A stretch of 64,000 nt of DNA from an uncultured Hyphomicrobiales bacterium (GTDB lineage Bacteria; Pseudomonadota; Alphaproteobacteria; Reyranellales; JAQSWP01): the NCBI GenBank assembly GCA_964458605.1, contig CAYWLS010000009.1:21005-85004 (forward strand), read 5' to 3'. The notes under the pieces are model-generated. The model had not been told where the DNA came from and made no database searches. It was given only the letters and a program-made list of their open reading frames with translations. Made by a program: the position numbers and the translations under genes. Shown piece by piece: positions 19,170 to 27,831 of this stretch; within the stretch, counting starts at the first letter, position 1; every line of letters starts with the position of its first letter.

Positions 19170-19200
19170 AAAAGCCCGGGCGATCGCTCGGGCTTTTTTG
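19170..19200 (+). terminator. Rho-independent terminator after SBP copy 2
   Basis: AAAAGCCCGggcgatcgctCGGGCTTTTTTG. The stem sequence is nearly the same as in the 17757 terminator. Confidence 0.7.
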
Positions 19201-19264
19201 TTGCCCGGAGGCTGCGCGGCTCGGCTAAACTGCCGTTCATATTGCGAATGAAGCGAGGAGCGCC

Positions 19265-20029
19265 ATGGGTCGGGTTGCGGGCAAAGTCGCGTTGATCACC
19301 GGCGGGGCCTCGGGGCTGGGCCTGGCAACGGCCAGGTTGATGGTCGGCGAAGGCGCCAAGGTGGTCATCACCGACCTGCAGAAGGACAAGGGCCAGGCCG
19401 CCGCGCGCGAGCTAGGGCCCGACGCGCTGTTCCTCGAGCACGACGTCACCAGCGAGACGCGCTGGCAGGAGGTGGTGGCCGAGACGGAAAAGCGCTTCGG
19501 CAAACTGAACGTGCTGGTCAACTCCGCCGGCATCGGCACCGAGGGTACGATCGAGAACACCTCGCTGGCCGATTTCAGGAAGATGATGGCGATCAATGTC
19601 GAGGGTACCTTCCTGGGCTGCAAATACGCCATCGCCGCGATGAAGAAGAACGGCGAGCCCTGCTCGATCGTCAACATCTCCTCGGTGGCCGGCATCGTCA
19701 GCGGCTACCAGATGGCCGCCTACAGCGCCAGCAAGGGCGCCGTGCGGCTGCTCAGCAAGTCGGTGGCGCTGCATTGCGCGCGCGCCGGCTACAACATCCG
19801 CTGCAACTCGGTGCACCCCGCCTTCATCGCCACGCCGATGGTCGAGGATCCGCTGGCCCAGGCCGAAGACCCGGAAAAGGCGCGCAAGCGGCTGATCCGC
19901 ATGGTGCCGCTGGGCAAGATCGGCGAGCCCAACGACATCGGCTATGTCATCCTCTATCTGGCCAGCGACGAATCCAAATTCACCACCGGCGCGGAGATGG
20001 TGGTGGATGGCGGCTGCACGGCGATGTGA
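19265..20029 (+). CDS. SDR family oxidoreductase (1 of 3 in tandem)
   Basis: Motifs TGGASGLGLA, NSAGIG and YSASKGAVRLLSKS, with a GAGGAG Shine-Dalgarno. Confidence 0.9.
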   Translation: MGRVAGKVALITGGASGLGLATARLMVGEGAKVVITDLQKDKGQAAARELGPDALFLEHDVTSETRWQEVVAETEKRFGKLNVLVNSAGIGTEGTIENTSLADFRKMMAINVEGTFLGCKYAIAAMKKNGEPCSIVNISSVAGIVSGYQMAAYSASKGAVRLLSKSVALHCARAGYNIRCNSVHPAFIATPMVEDPLAQAEDPEKARKRLIRMVPLGKIGEPNDIGYVILYLASDESKFTTGAEMVVDGGCTAM

Positions 20030-20062
20030 TCCGGCAGCGATGCGATCCGAGGGCGATACGAC

Positions 20063-20881
20063 ATGAGCCAGCACAAGGATCTTTCCCACCGCGTCGCGCT
20101 GGTCACCGGCGGCGCCTCGGGCATCGGCGCGGAGACCTGCCGCGCCCTGGCCGAGGCCGGCGCCCGCGTGGTCGTCGGCGACATCCAGGACGGCGCCGAA
20201 CTGGCGCGCGAGCTGGGCAATGGCAGCCTTTTCGTCGAGCTCGACGTCGCCAGCGAAGCAGCGTGGAAGGCGACCTGCGAGGCCATCCTGGCCCAATGCG
20301 GCCGGCTCGACGTGCTGGTCAACAATGCCGGCATCGGCGGCGGCCGCGGCAATATCGAGGACACCACGCTGGAGGCCTGGAACCGCACCCAGGCGGTCAA
20401 TGTCGAGGGCGTGTTCCTGGGCTGCAAATACGCCATCGCCGCCATGAAACGCACCAGCGCCGGCAAGCCGCGCTCGCATGGCTCGATCGTCAACATCTCC
20501 TCGATCGCCGGCATCACCGGCTCGGCCGGTCCGGCCGCCTATGTCGCCAGCAAGGGCGCGGTGCGGCTGCTGACCAAGTCGGTCGCCCTGCATTGCGCCG
20601 AGCAGGGCTACGACATCCGCTGCAACTCGGTGCATCCCGGCGGCATCGACACGCCGATCCTGGAACCGCTCTATCGCCATTTCGGCAAGGAGAAGGCCCA
20701 GGCCTGGCTGGGCGGCATGCACCCGCTGGGCCGCATGGGCCGGCCACGCGATATCGCCGAAGCGGTCCTGTATCTCGCTTCCGACCGTTCCGCCTTCGTC
20801 ACCGGTACCGAGCTGGTGGTCGATGGCGGCGTGACCGCGGGCGTCGCCAAGAGGTTCGACTTTGTCCCCCTCAACAAATAA
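20063..20881 (+). CDS. SDR family oxidoreductase (2 of 3)
   Basis: Motifs TGGASGIGAE, NNAGIGG and YVASKGAVRLLTKS. Confidence 0.9.
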   Translation: MSQHKDLSHRVALVTGGASGIGAETCRALAEAGARVVVGDIQDGAELARELGNGSLFVELDVASEAAWKATCEAILAQCGRLDVLVNNAGIGGGRGNIEDTTLEAWNRTQAVNVEGVFLGCKYAIAAMKRTSAGKPRSHGSIVNISSIAGITGSAGPAAYVASKGAVRLLTKSVALHCAEQGYDIRCNSVHPGGIDTPILEPLYRHFGKEKAQAWLGGMHPLGRMGRPRDIAEAVLYLASDRSAFVTGTELVVDGGVTAGVAKRFDFVPLNK

Positions 20882-21617
20882 GACCGTGCTGATCACCGGC
20901 GGCGCGTCCGGCATCGGCGCCGCCACCGCCCGCCTGCTGGCGGCGCAGGGCGACAACGTCGCCATCACCGACCGCAGCGCGGAGGCCGGCCAGGCGCTGG
21001 CCGGGGAGCTGGGCGAGCGCGCCCTGTTCGTGGCACACGATGTCACCCGGGAAGCGGATTGGCAGAACGCCGTCGCCAGCACCGTCGCCCGCTTCGGCAG
21101 GCTCGATGGCGTGGTCAATTCCGCCGGCGTCGGCCGTGCCGGCTCGGTCGAGGACGTCTCGCTGGAAGAATGGCGCCTGGTCAATGCCGTCAACGCCACC
21201 GGCACCTTCCTGGGCTGCAAGCATGGCGTGCTGGCGATGAAAGCCAGCGGCGGCGGCTCGATCGTCAACATCTCGTCGGTGCTGGGCCTGCGCGGCCACG
21301 CCGCCACCGCCGCCTATTGCGCCAGCAAGGGCTCGGTGCGGCTGCTGACCAAATCGGCGGCACTGCATTGCGCGGCACAGCGCTACAACATCCGCGTCAA
21401 TTCGGTGCATCCAGGCTGGATCGAGACGCCGATGATCGCACCGCGCTTGCAAGGACCGGACCCGGCTGCCGCGCGCCGGCAGCTCGAGGCGATGCATCCA
21501 ATCGGCCGCCTCGGCAAGCCCGAGGAGATCGCCGCGCTGATCGCCTTCCTGCTGTCGGATGGTTCGACCCTGATCACCGGTGCCGAATTCGCCGCCGATG
21601 GCGGCCTCACCGCTTAG
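20862..21617 (+). CDS. SDR family oxidoreductase (3 of 3)
   Basis: Motifs TGGASGIGAA, NSAGVG and YCASKGSVRLLTKS. The TTG start at 20862 overlaps the previous gene by 20 nt; the GTG at 20886 is a possible alternative start. Confidence 0.8.
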   Translation: MSPSTNKTVLITGGASGIGAATARLLAAQGDNVAITDRSAEAGQALAGELGERALFVAHDVTREADWQNAVASTVARFGRLDGVVNSAGVGRAGSVEDVSLEEWRLVNAVNATGTFLGCKHGVLAMKASGGGSIVNISSVLGLRGHAATAAYCASKGSVRLLTKSAALHCAAQRYNIRVNSVHPGWIETPMIAPRLQGPDPAAARRQLEAMHPIGRLGKPEEIAALIAFLLSDGSTLITGAEFAADGGLTA

Positions 21618-21620
21618 GGC

Positions 21621-21914
21621 TCACTCCGCCAGCAGATCGTGCCATTCCGGATGGCGCTGGAATTCCAGCCGCACATAGGAGCAATAGGGCAGGATCTTGG
21701 TGCCCTCGGCGCGGGCATCGGCGATGCCGCGCTTGACCAGCGCCTCGGCCAGGCCCTTGCCGCGCATCGACGGCGGCACATAGGTGTGGCCGATGGCGAT
21801 GCGCTTGTCGCCGGCATTGGAGTAGGTCATCTCCGCCTCGTCGCCGTCCAGTCGGATGACGTAGCGGCCGCCGCCCTTGTCCTGCTCGCGCTCGATGGTG
21901 AATTCGCCTGCCAT
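21621..21914 (-). CDS. Small GNAT-like acetyltransferase (YjdJ / Acetyltransf_CG type), 97 aa
   Basis: Starts MAGEFTIERE with a GGAGGA Shine-Dalgarno. Core sequence HTYVPPSMRGKGLAEALVKRGIADARAEGTKILPYCSYV ... HPEWHDLL. Confidence 0.75.
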   Translation of the reverse strand: MAGEFTIEREQDKGGGRYVIRLDGDEAEMTYSNAGDKRIAIGHTYVPPSMRGKGLAEALVKRGIADARAEGTKILPYCSYVRLEFQRHPEWHDLLAE

Positions 21915-21934
21915 GAGTGTCCTCCGCTGCCGGC

Positions 21935-22231
21935 TCAACGCGCCAGCACGTCCTGCCATTCCTTGTGTTTCTCGATCTGCGCCTTGGCGAACGGACAGGT
22001 GGGGTGGATTCTGTAGCCGCCTTGGCGGGCATCCTCGACCGCCCGCAGCACCAGCGCCTGGCCGACGCCCCGCCCCTTCAGCTCCGGCGGCACGAAGGTA
22101 TGGTCGATGACGATCGTCTTCGGGTCCGGCGTCAGATAGGTCATCTCGGCCTCGTATCCGTCCACCACGGTAACGTAGCGATGCTTGCCGCTATGCGGTT
22201 CTCTTTTGATGACAAAGGCTTGGTCAGTCAT
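21935..22231 (-). CDS. Small GNAT-like acetyltransferase (tandem paralog), 98 aa
   Basis: Starts MTDQAFVIKRE. Core sequence HTFVPPELKGRGVGQALVLRAVEDARQGGYRIHPTCPFA ... HKEWQDVL, collinear with the neighbouring gene. Confidence 0.75.
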   Translation of the reverse strand: MTDQAFVIKREPHSGKHRYVTVVDGYEAEMTYLTPDPKTIVIDHTFVPPELKGRGVGQALVLRAVEDARQGGYRIHPTCPFAKAQIEKHKEWQDVLAR

Positions 22232-22387
22232 TTCCAGGACTCCGATCCGAACGTGGCGCCGATTAGCGGGCGGCAATTCTTGATGGTATATTTGCCCCAG
22301 TAAAGCACCGATCACCGCCTAGTCGCCTGGTCTTCCGAGCCGGAAATTTCCGCCGTTGCGCCGTCGGCGCGACCAAGGAGACGTGCC

Positions 22388-24250
22388 ATGCGCCGCTTTG
22401 GTGTCTTGCTGCTCCTGTGCTGGGGCCTGGCCGGGCCCGCCCTGGCGCAGCCCAAACTCGCCACGTTCGACAATTTCGCGCCGGCCACCGATGCCGATCT
22501 GCAGGCCCTGGTCGATTCCCTGAAAGCAGTGCCGTCGGCGGGCCAATGCGACGCGGCGCGCTGCCCTGAATATTCGTGTCCCGACGCCGTTGCCCTGGAA
22601 GACGCGCTTCAAGACGCGACAGAGCTGTTGTCCGTGCTGTCGGCCGCCCTGCAATCGGCGACGGCCGACTACCGCAGCCTGCTCGGCGCATTCCAGCAGG
22701 AATACGAGCGCCTGACCGCCGACGACGAGACGCGGCGGCGGGCGCTGATCTGGTCGCACGCCTTGCTGGCGGCCGGCAAGCTGACGCTCGATGCGGCCTC
22801 GATCCTCGACGGCCTCGGCAGCCTGCGCGACTTCTTCGCCAAAGTGGCCGAGACCCGAAACGGCACGGACGACGCCATTACCGCCGCCCGCCTGGTCGAC
22901 CAGCTTTTCGAAGTCGGCTCGTCGTCGCTGTCGATCGCCGACGGCTTCCTCTCCGACATCGGCAAGACGCCGATGGCGCCTGAAGATCTGTCCGACGCGC
23001 TGACGATCAAGAGCGGCCTATCCGACCTCAGTTCGGGCATCGCCTCGCTGCGCGACGCGGTCAATGCCTATCGCGCCGCCCAGGCCGCCAACGACCTCAA
23101 GGCCATGGCGGCGGCGGCCGAGAAGCTGGAGAACCTTCAGCCGCTGCGCGCCAATCTCGGCCAGTTGGCGGGCAAGGTGCTGAGCAAGATCGCCGAGCTG
23201 CAGCAAAAGGCGCTAGCGGCCGAGCTGGCGGAAAACGCCAAGAACGAATCGGCGCAAAACAAGGCCTTCGCCGACAACTATCGCCGCTATATCCGCCTGA
23301 TCGACCGCCAGGCCGCGCTGCGCGCCGCCATGCGGCGCCTGCAGGATGCCACGACGGCGGCGCTGCCTTGCGCGGCACGTTGCGCCGAGTGGTCGGGCGT
23401 GCGGCCTGCCCTCCGCGTCGATGGCCTGAGCTATGGCGAGATCCTGAAAACATACAACGCCAAGCTCGCCGCCTCGGCCTCGGCCATAATGGCGGCCGCC
23501 GCCAAGGTCGACCTCAAACCGGGGATCGCGCCGACGATCGGTGCGGTTCCCGTTTCGAGCCGGCCGCGCCGTGCGATGAGCGTGGCCTATCGGCTTGCCA
23601 CCTGCCCGGCCAACCAGGGCGCGCGGCTGCAACTGCTCGACCCCGGTTTCGTGGCCAGCGACTTGGGCGAGGCCAGGCTGGGCGAGCCCGCCAGCCTGGC
23701 GCTCACCGCGCCCGCCGATCCCGGGCAATATCTGCTGGCCCTGGTGGATGCCCATTCGCGCGCGCTGGCCAAGGCCAGCTTCACGGTGGTCGAGCCGCCC
23801 AAGGACGAGGATCTGACGGTCTGCAACGTCATCCTGCCCGCCGGCATGGCCGTCGACGATCCCGACAAGGGCATCCACCTGAAGCCCAAATCGTTCTCGT
23901 TCAGCATCGGCAAGCCGGAAGACAAGGACTATGTCGCCGGCCGGCTGACGGTGATGCCAGGGTCCCACTGCGTCGACGGCAAGATCGGGTTTCCGCTGTT
24001 CGGCGGCGTGTCCCGCCAGGCCGACTACTTCAAGCTCGAATTGTCGGCCGGCCGCGCCGCCGATATCCGCTATCCCGAGCAGTGGATGAGGAAGGTGACG
24101 GTGCGCTTCGATACCGGGGCGCTGATCTCCTCGAGCGACTATTTGCTGATCGACAAGGTGCCCGCCGGGGCCAAGCGCGTGGCCTATGTCGCGATGGAAT
24201 TCGACGGCGGCCCGAACGCAAAGACCGTGCTGAACTGGTATCCCAACTGA
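22388..24250 (+). CDS. Secreted protein of unknown function (620 aa)
   Basis: AAGGAG lies 8 nt upstream. The signal peptide MRRFGVLLLLCWGLAGPALA|QP is type I. GC3-rich codon usage matches the neighbouring genes. I recognise no family motif. Confidence 0.75.
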   Translation: MRRFGVLLLLCWGLAGPALAQPKLATFDNFAPATDADLQALVDSLKAVPSAGQCDAARCPEYSCPDAVALEDALQDATELLSVLSAALQSATADYRSLLGAFQQEYERLTADDETRRRALIWSHALLAAGKLTLDAASILDGLGSLRDFFAKVAETRNGTDDAITAARLVDQLFEVGSSSLSIADGFLSDIGKTPMAPEDLSDALTIKSGLSDLSSGIASLRDAVNAYRAAQAANDLKAMAAAAEKLENLQPLRANLGQLAGKVLSKIAELQQKALAAELAENAKNESAQNKAFADNYRRYIRLIDRQAALRAAMRRLQDATTAALPCAARCAEWSGVRPALRVDGLSYGEILKTYNAKLAASASAIMAAAAKVDLKPGIAPTIGAVPVSSRPRRAMSVAYRLATCPANQGARLQLLDPGFVASDLGEARLGEPASLALTAPADPGQYLLALVDAHSRALAKASFTVVEPPKDEDLTVCNVILPAGMAVDDPDKGIHLKPKSFSFSIGKPEDKDYVAGRLTVMPGSHCVDGKIGFPLFGGVSRQADYFKLELSAGRAADIRYPEQWMRKVTVRFDTGALISSSDYLLIDKVPAGAKRVAYVAMEFDGGPNAKTVLNWYPN

Positions 24251-24312
24251 GCCACCGCTTGTCGACGCGACCGCGCCGCTGCGACCCGCCCCTGCAACCC
24301 GTCGCCGGCCGC

Positions 24313-25083
24313 TCAGATTTCCCGGAAGCTGCCGCTGCGGCCCTTGCCGGCGGCGAAGCGGGCCGCGCCGGCCCGCGCCTCGGCCTCGATGATCGGCTGG
24401 CCGCCCGCGCCCTCGGCGATCAACGCCTCGCGCAGCTCATGGTCCCATTGCCGATAGGCCGATAGCCGGTCGGCGCGCAGGCAAAGCTGCGGGAAGCGGG
24501 CGATCTCCGCCGCCAGTTTCTCCGCCTCGGCCCGCGCCCGGCCCTTGGGCACCACGCGGTTGGCCAGGCCGAAGTCGAGCGCCTCTTTGGCATCCACCGG
24601 CCGGCCGGTCAGGATCATGTCGAGCGCCCGGCTCAAGCCGATCAGCCGCGGCAGGCGCACCGTACCGCCATCGATCAGTGGGACGCCCCAGCGCCGGCAG
24701 AACACGCCGAACACCGCATCCTCCGCCGCCACGCGCAGGTCGCACCACAAGGCCAGCTCAAGCCCGCCGGCCACGGCATAGCCTTCGACCGAGGCGATCA
24801 CCGGCTTGCTCAATAGGGCGCGCGAAGGTCCCATCGGCCCCGACCCGGCCGGATCGTCGCGATAGCGCACGCCGCCCGTCGCCACCGCCTTCAGATCGGC
24901 GCCGGCGCAGAACGTGCCATGGTCGCCGTGGAACACACCGACCAGCGCATCCTTGTCGCGGTCGAAATCCTGCCACGCCGCGTCGAGCTCGAGCGCGGTG
25001 GCGGGATCGACCGCGTTGCGCGCCTGGGCGCGGTCGATGATCACCGTGGTGACCGGTCCGTTCTTCTCGACGCGGATGCTCAT
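24313..25083 (-). CDS. Enoyl-CoA hydratase/isomerase (crotonase) family protein
   Basis: Motifs FCAGADLK and oxyanion segment GYAVAGGLELALWCDLRVA. The AGGAGG Shine-Dalgarno overlaps the upstream stop. Confidence 0.9.
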   Translation of the reverse strand: MSIRVEKNGPVTTVIIDRAQARNAVDPATALELDAAWQDFDRDKDALVGVFHGDHGTFCAGADLKAVATGGVRYRDDPAGSGPMGPSRALLSKPVIASVEGYAVAGGLELALWCDLRVAAEDAVFGVFCRRWGVPLIDGGTVRLPRLIGLSRALDMILTGRPVDAKEALDFGLANRVVPKGRARAEAEKLAAEIARFPQLCLRADRLSAYRQWDHELREALIAEGAGGQPIIEAEARAGAARFAAGKGRSGSFREI

Positions 25084-25092
25084 GGCAGCCTC

Positions 25093-25854
25093 CTAGGCAA
25101 TGGTGACGCCGCCATCGACCACGATCACTTGGCCCGTGAGGAAGGCGCCGGCGCGCGAGGCCAGCATGACGGCGACGCCGCCGATATCGTCGGGCTCGCC
25201 GATGCGCTTGAGCGGCGAGCGCTCCAGCCGGTTTTCCAGCAGCGCCTCGTCCTCCCACAGCGCCTTGGCGAAATCGGTCTTCACCAGGCCGGGCGCGATG
25301 GTGTTGACGCGGATGTTGTGCGGCCCCAGCTCCAGCGCCAGGTTGCGCACCAGCGCCATGTCGGCCGCCTTGGAGATGCCGTAGGCGCCCAGAATGGCGG
25401 TGCCGCGCAACCCGCCGATGCTCGACACCACGATGATGGCGCCGTCCTTTTTCGCCTTCATGTCCGCCGCGCACAGATTGCTGAGCCAGATATTGCTGAG
25501 GATGTTGTTCTTCATGATCTTGTCGAAGGCGTCGTCCGGCATCTTCTCGGTCGGGCCGTAATAGGGATTCGACGCGGCATTGCACACCAGGATGTCGATC
25601 GGCCCGAAATGCTGGCGGGTCTTGGCCACCAGGTTCTCGAGCTGCGCCTTGTCGGAGATATTGGCCGGGATCGCCACCGCCTGGCCGCCGGCCTGGCGGA
25701 TGGCGTCGGCCACTTCCTCGCAAGCCGGCGCCTTGCGGCTGGAGATCACCACCTTGGCGCCGTGCCGGGCCATCTGCTCGGCGATCGACTTGCCGATGCC
25801 CTTGCTCGAGCCGGTGACGATGGCGACCTTGCCGGTCAGGTCGAAAATGCTCAT
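25093..25854 (-). CDS. SDR family oxidoreductase
   Basis: Motifs VTGSSKGIGKSIA, CNAASN and YGISKAADMAL. The ATG at 25854 has GGAGG 7 nt upstream; the listed start at 25857 is a GTG. Confidence 0.9.
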   Translation of the reverse strand: MSIFDLTGKVAIVTGSSKGIGKSIAEQMARHGAKVVISSRKAPACEEVADAIRQAGGQAVAIPANISDKAQLENLVAKTRQHFGPIDILVCNAASNPYYGPTEKMPDDAFDKIMKNNILSNIWLSNLCAADMKAKKDGAIIVVSSIGGLRGTAILGAYGISKAADMALVRNLALELGPHNIRVNTIAPGLVKTDFAKALWEDEALLENRLERSPLKRIGEPDDIGGVAVMLASRAGAFLTGQVIVVDGGVTIA

Positions 25855-25877
25855 CACTTGTCCTCCCCTTGTTCGTG

Positions 25878-27665
25878 TCAGGCGAACATCGCCGAATTCA
25901 TGGTCAGCGTGGTGTCGTCGAGCCGGCGCAGCAGCGCATTGAGGTGACCGCTGCGCGGCAGCTCGTAGGCGAAGAAATAGCGGCAGGTCATCAGCTTGCC
26001 GGCGATGAAATCATCCGGCGCGGCCTTGCTCGCGGCAATGCCCTGCTGCAGCCACATCCAGCCCATCACCACCAGCCCGACCAGGTCGAGATGATAAGCG
26101 GCATTGGCCAGCGCCAGGCTGGGCGCCTTGCTCCGTGCGGCGTCGAGCAGGATTGTCGTGGTGGTCAGCATCTCGTCCAGCGCCGCCTGCAGCGAATCGG
26201 CATGCGCCGCCAATTTCGGCACCGACCGTGCCTGTTCGATGGTCTTGCCGATCTCCGCCGCCAGCAGCTTCAGCCCGGCGCCGCCGCCCATCCCCGCCTT
26301 GCGGCCCAGCAGGTCGATGGCCTGGATGCCGTTGGTGCCCTCGTGGATCGGGTTGAGCCGCTGGTCGCGATAATACTGCTCGACCGGATATTCGCGGGTA
26401 TAGCCGTAGCCGCCCAGCACCTGGATGGCGTATTCGTTGGCCTTCAGGCACATCTCGCTCATCCAGCCCTTGACCACCGGCGTCAGCATGTCGAGCAGCA
26501 GCGCCGCCTGCTTGCGTTCCGCCTCGCTTTGCGCGTGGTGCTGCTTGTCGACCAGTTGCGCCGCGAACAGGCACAGATGCAGGCCGCCCTCGCTGACCCA
26601 TTTCTGGTGCAGCAGCATGCGCTTGACGTCGGCATGCTCGACGATCGGGATCATCGGCTGGGTGGGATCCTTGCTGTCCGGCGCCCGGCCCTGCAACCGC
26701 CCGCGCGCGTATTCCAGCGAATAGAGATAGGCGACATAGGACAGCATGACCGAACCCAGGCCGACGCCGATACGCGCCTCGTTCATCATGTGGAACATGT
26801 ATTCCAGGCCGCGATGCGGCTGCCCTACCAGATAGCCCGTAGCACCGCCCCGCTCGCCGAAATTCAGCGCCGTGTTGGTGGTGCCACGATAGCCCATCTT
26901 GTGATTGAGGCTGACCAGGCGCACGTCGTTGCGCGCGCCGACCGCGCCGTCGGCCTCGACCAGGAATTTCGGCACGATGAACAGGGAGATGCCCTTCACC
27001 CCGGGCGGCGCGCCGACGATCTTGGCCAGCACCAGATGCACGATGTTTTCGCTCAACTCGTGCTCGCCGGCCGAGATCCACATCTTGTTGCCGACGATGC
27101 GCCAGGAGCCGTCGGGCTGCGGCTCGGCGCGGGTGCGGATATCGGCCAGCGATGACCCCGCCTGCGGCTCGCTCAAGCACATGGTGCCGAAGAAGCGGCC
27201 CTCGAACATCGGCCGCATATAGAGCGCCTTCTGTTCCTGGGTGCCGAAGGCCTCGATCAGGTTGGCCGCGCCCACCGTCAGGAACGGATAGCCGGCGCTG
27301 CCGATATTGGCGGCCTGGAACAACGCCGAGCAGGCTTGGGCCACCGTCCAGGGCAATTGCATGCCGCCCAGCTCGTAATCCTTATGCGCCGCCATCAGCC
27401 CGGCCGCGCGATAGGCCGCCATGGCCTCGGCCACCTCCGGGATCATGCTGACCTTGTGCCCGTCGAAACTCGGCTCGTTGCGGTCGGCCTTGACGTTGTG
27501 CGGATAGAACTTGTCCAGCGCCACCTGGTGGGCGGTGGCGATCGCCGCCTGGAAGGTCTCGCGGCTATGGTCGGCGAAGCGCGGCAGCGCGGTCAGCTTT
27601 TCGGCCTGCAGAACCTCGTACAGAACGAATTCCAGGTCGCGCATATTGATCAACGGCGAAGCCAT
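25878..27665 (-). CDS. Long (595-aa) acyl-CoA dehydrogenase with extended C-terminal domain
   Basis: Start chosen at MASPLINMRDLEFVLYEV by analogy with the paralog at 40051. Motifs FGTMCLSEPQAGSSLADI, GEHELSENIVHLVLAK and GISLFIVPKF. Confidence 0.9.
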   Translation of the reverse strand: MASPLINMRDLEFVLYEVLQAEKLTALPRFADHSRETFQAAIATAHQVALDKFYPHNVKADRNEPSFDGHKVSMIPEVAEAMAAYRAAGLMAAHKDYELGGMQLPWTVAQACSALFQAANIGSAGYPFLTVGAANLIEAFGTQEQKALYMRPMFEGRFFGTMCLSEPQAGSSLADIRTRAEPQPDGSWRIVGNKMWISAGEHELSENIVHLVLAKIVGAPPGVKGISLFIVPKFLVEADGAVGARNDVRLVSLNHKMGYRGTTNTALNFGERGGATGYLVGQPHRGLEYMFHMMNEARIGVGLGSVMLSYVAYLYSLEYARGRLQGRAPDSKDPTQPMIPIVEHADVKRMLLHQKWVSEGGLHLCLFAAQLVDKQHHAQSEAERKQAALLLDMLTPVVKGWMSEMCLKANEYAIQVLGGYGYTREYPVEQYYRDQRLNPIHEGTNGIQAIDLLGRKAGMGGGAGLKLLAAEIGKTIEQARSVPKLAAHADSLQAALDEMLTTTTILLDAARSKAPSLALANAAYHLDLVGLVVMGWMWLQQGIAASKAAPDDFIAGKLMTCRYFFAYELPRSGHLNALLRRLDDTTLTMNSAMFA

Positions 27666-27831
27666 TCGGGCACTCCAGGGATTGGCTGTGTCGGTCAAAT
27701 CTTGGGCAGACTCTTGCCTGCCCGCGACCCAACTGCAAGCGCCTGTTCTTCCAGCGCTTTTGCCGCGTTGCGGCGGGCGGTAGCGGCCGCTAGATTGCAG
27801 CCTAAAGGGTTGCCGTTTCAGGGAGGGTAAA

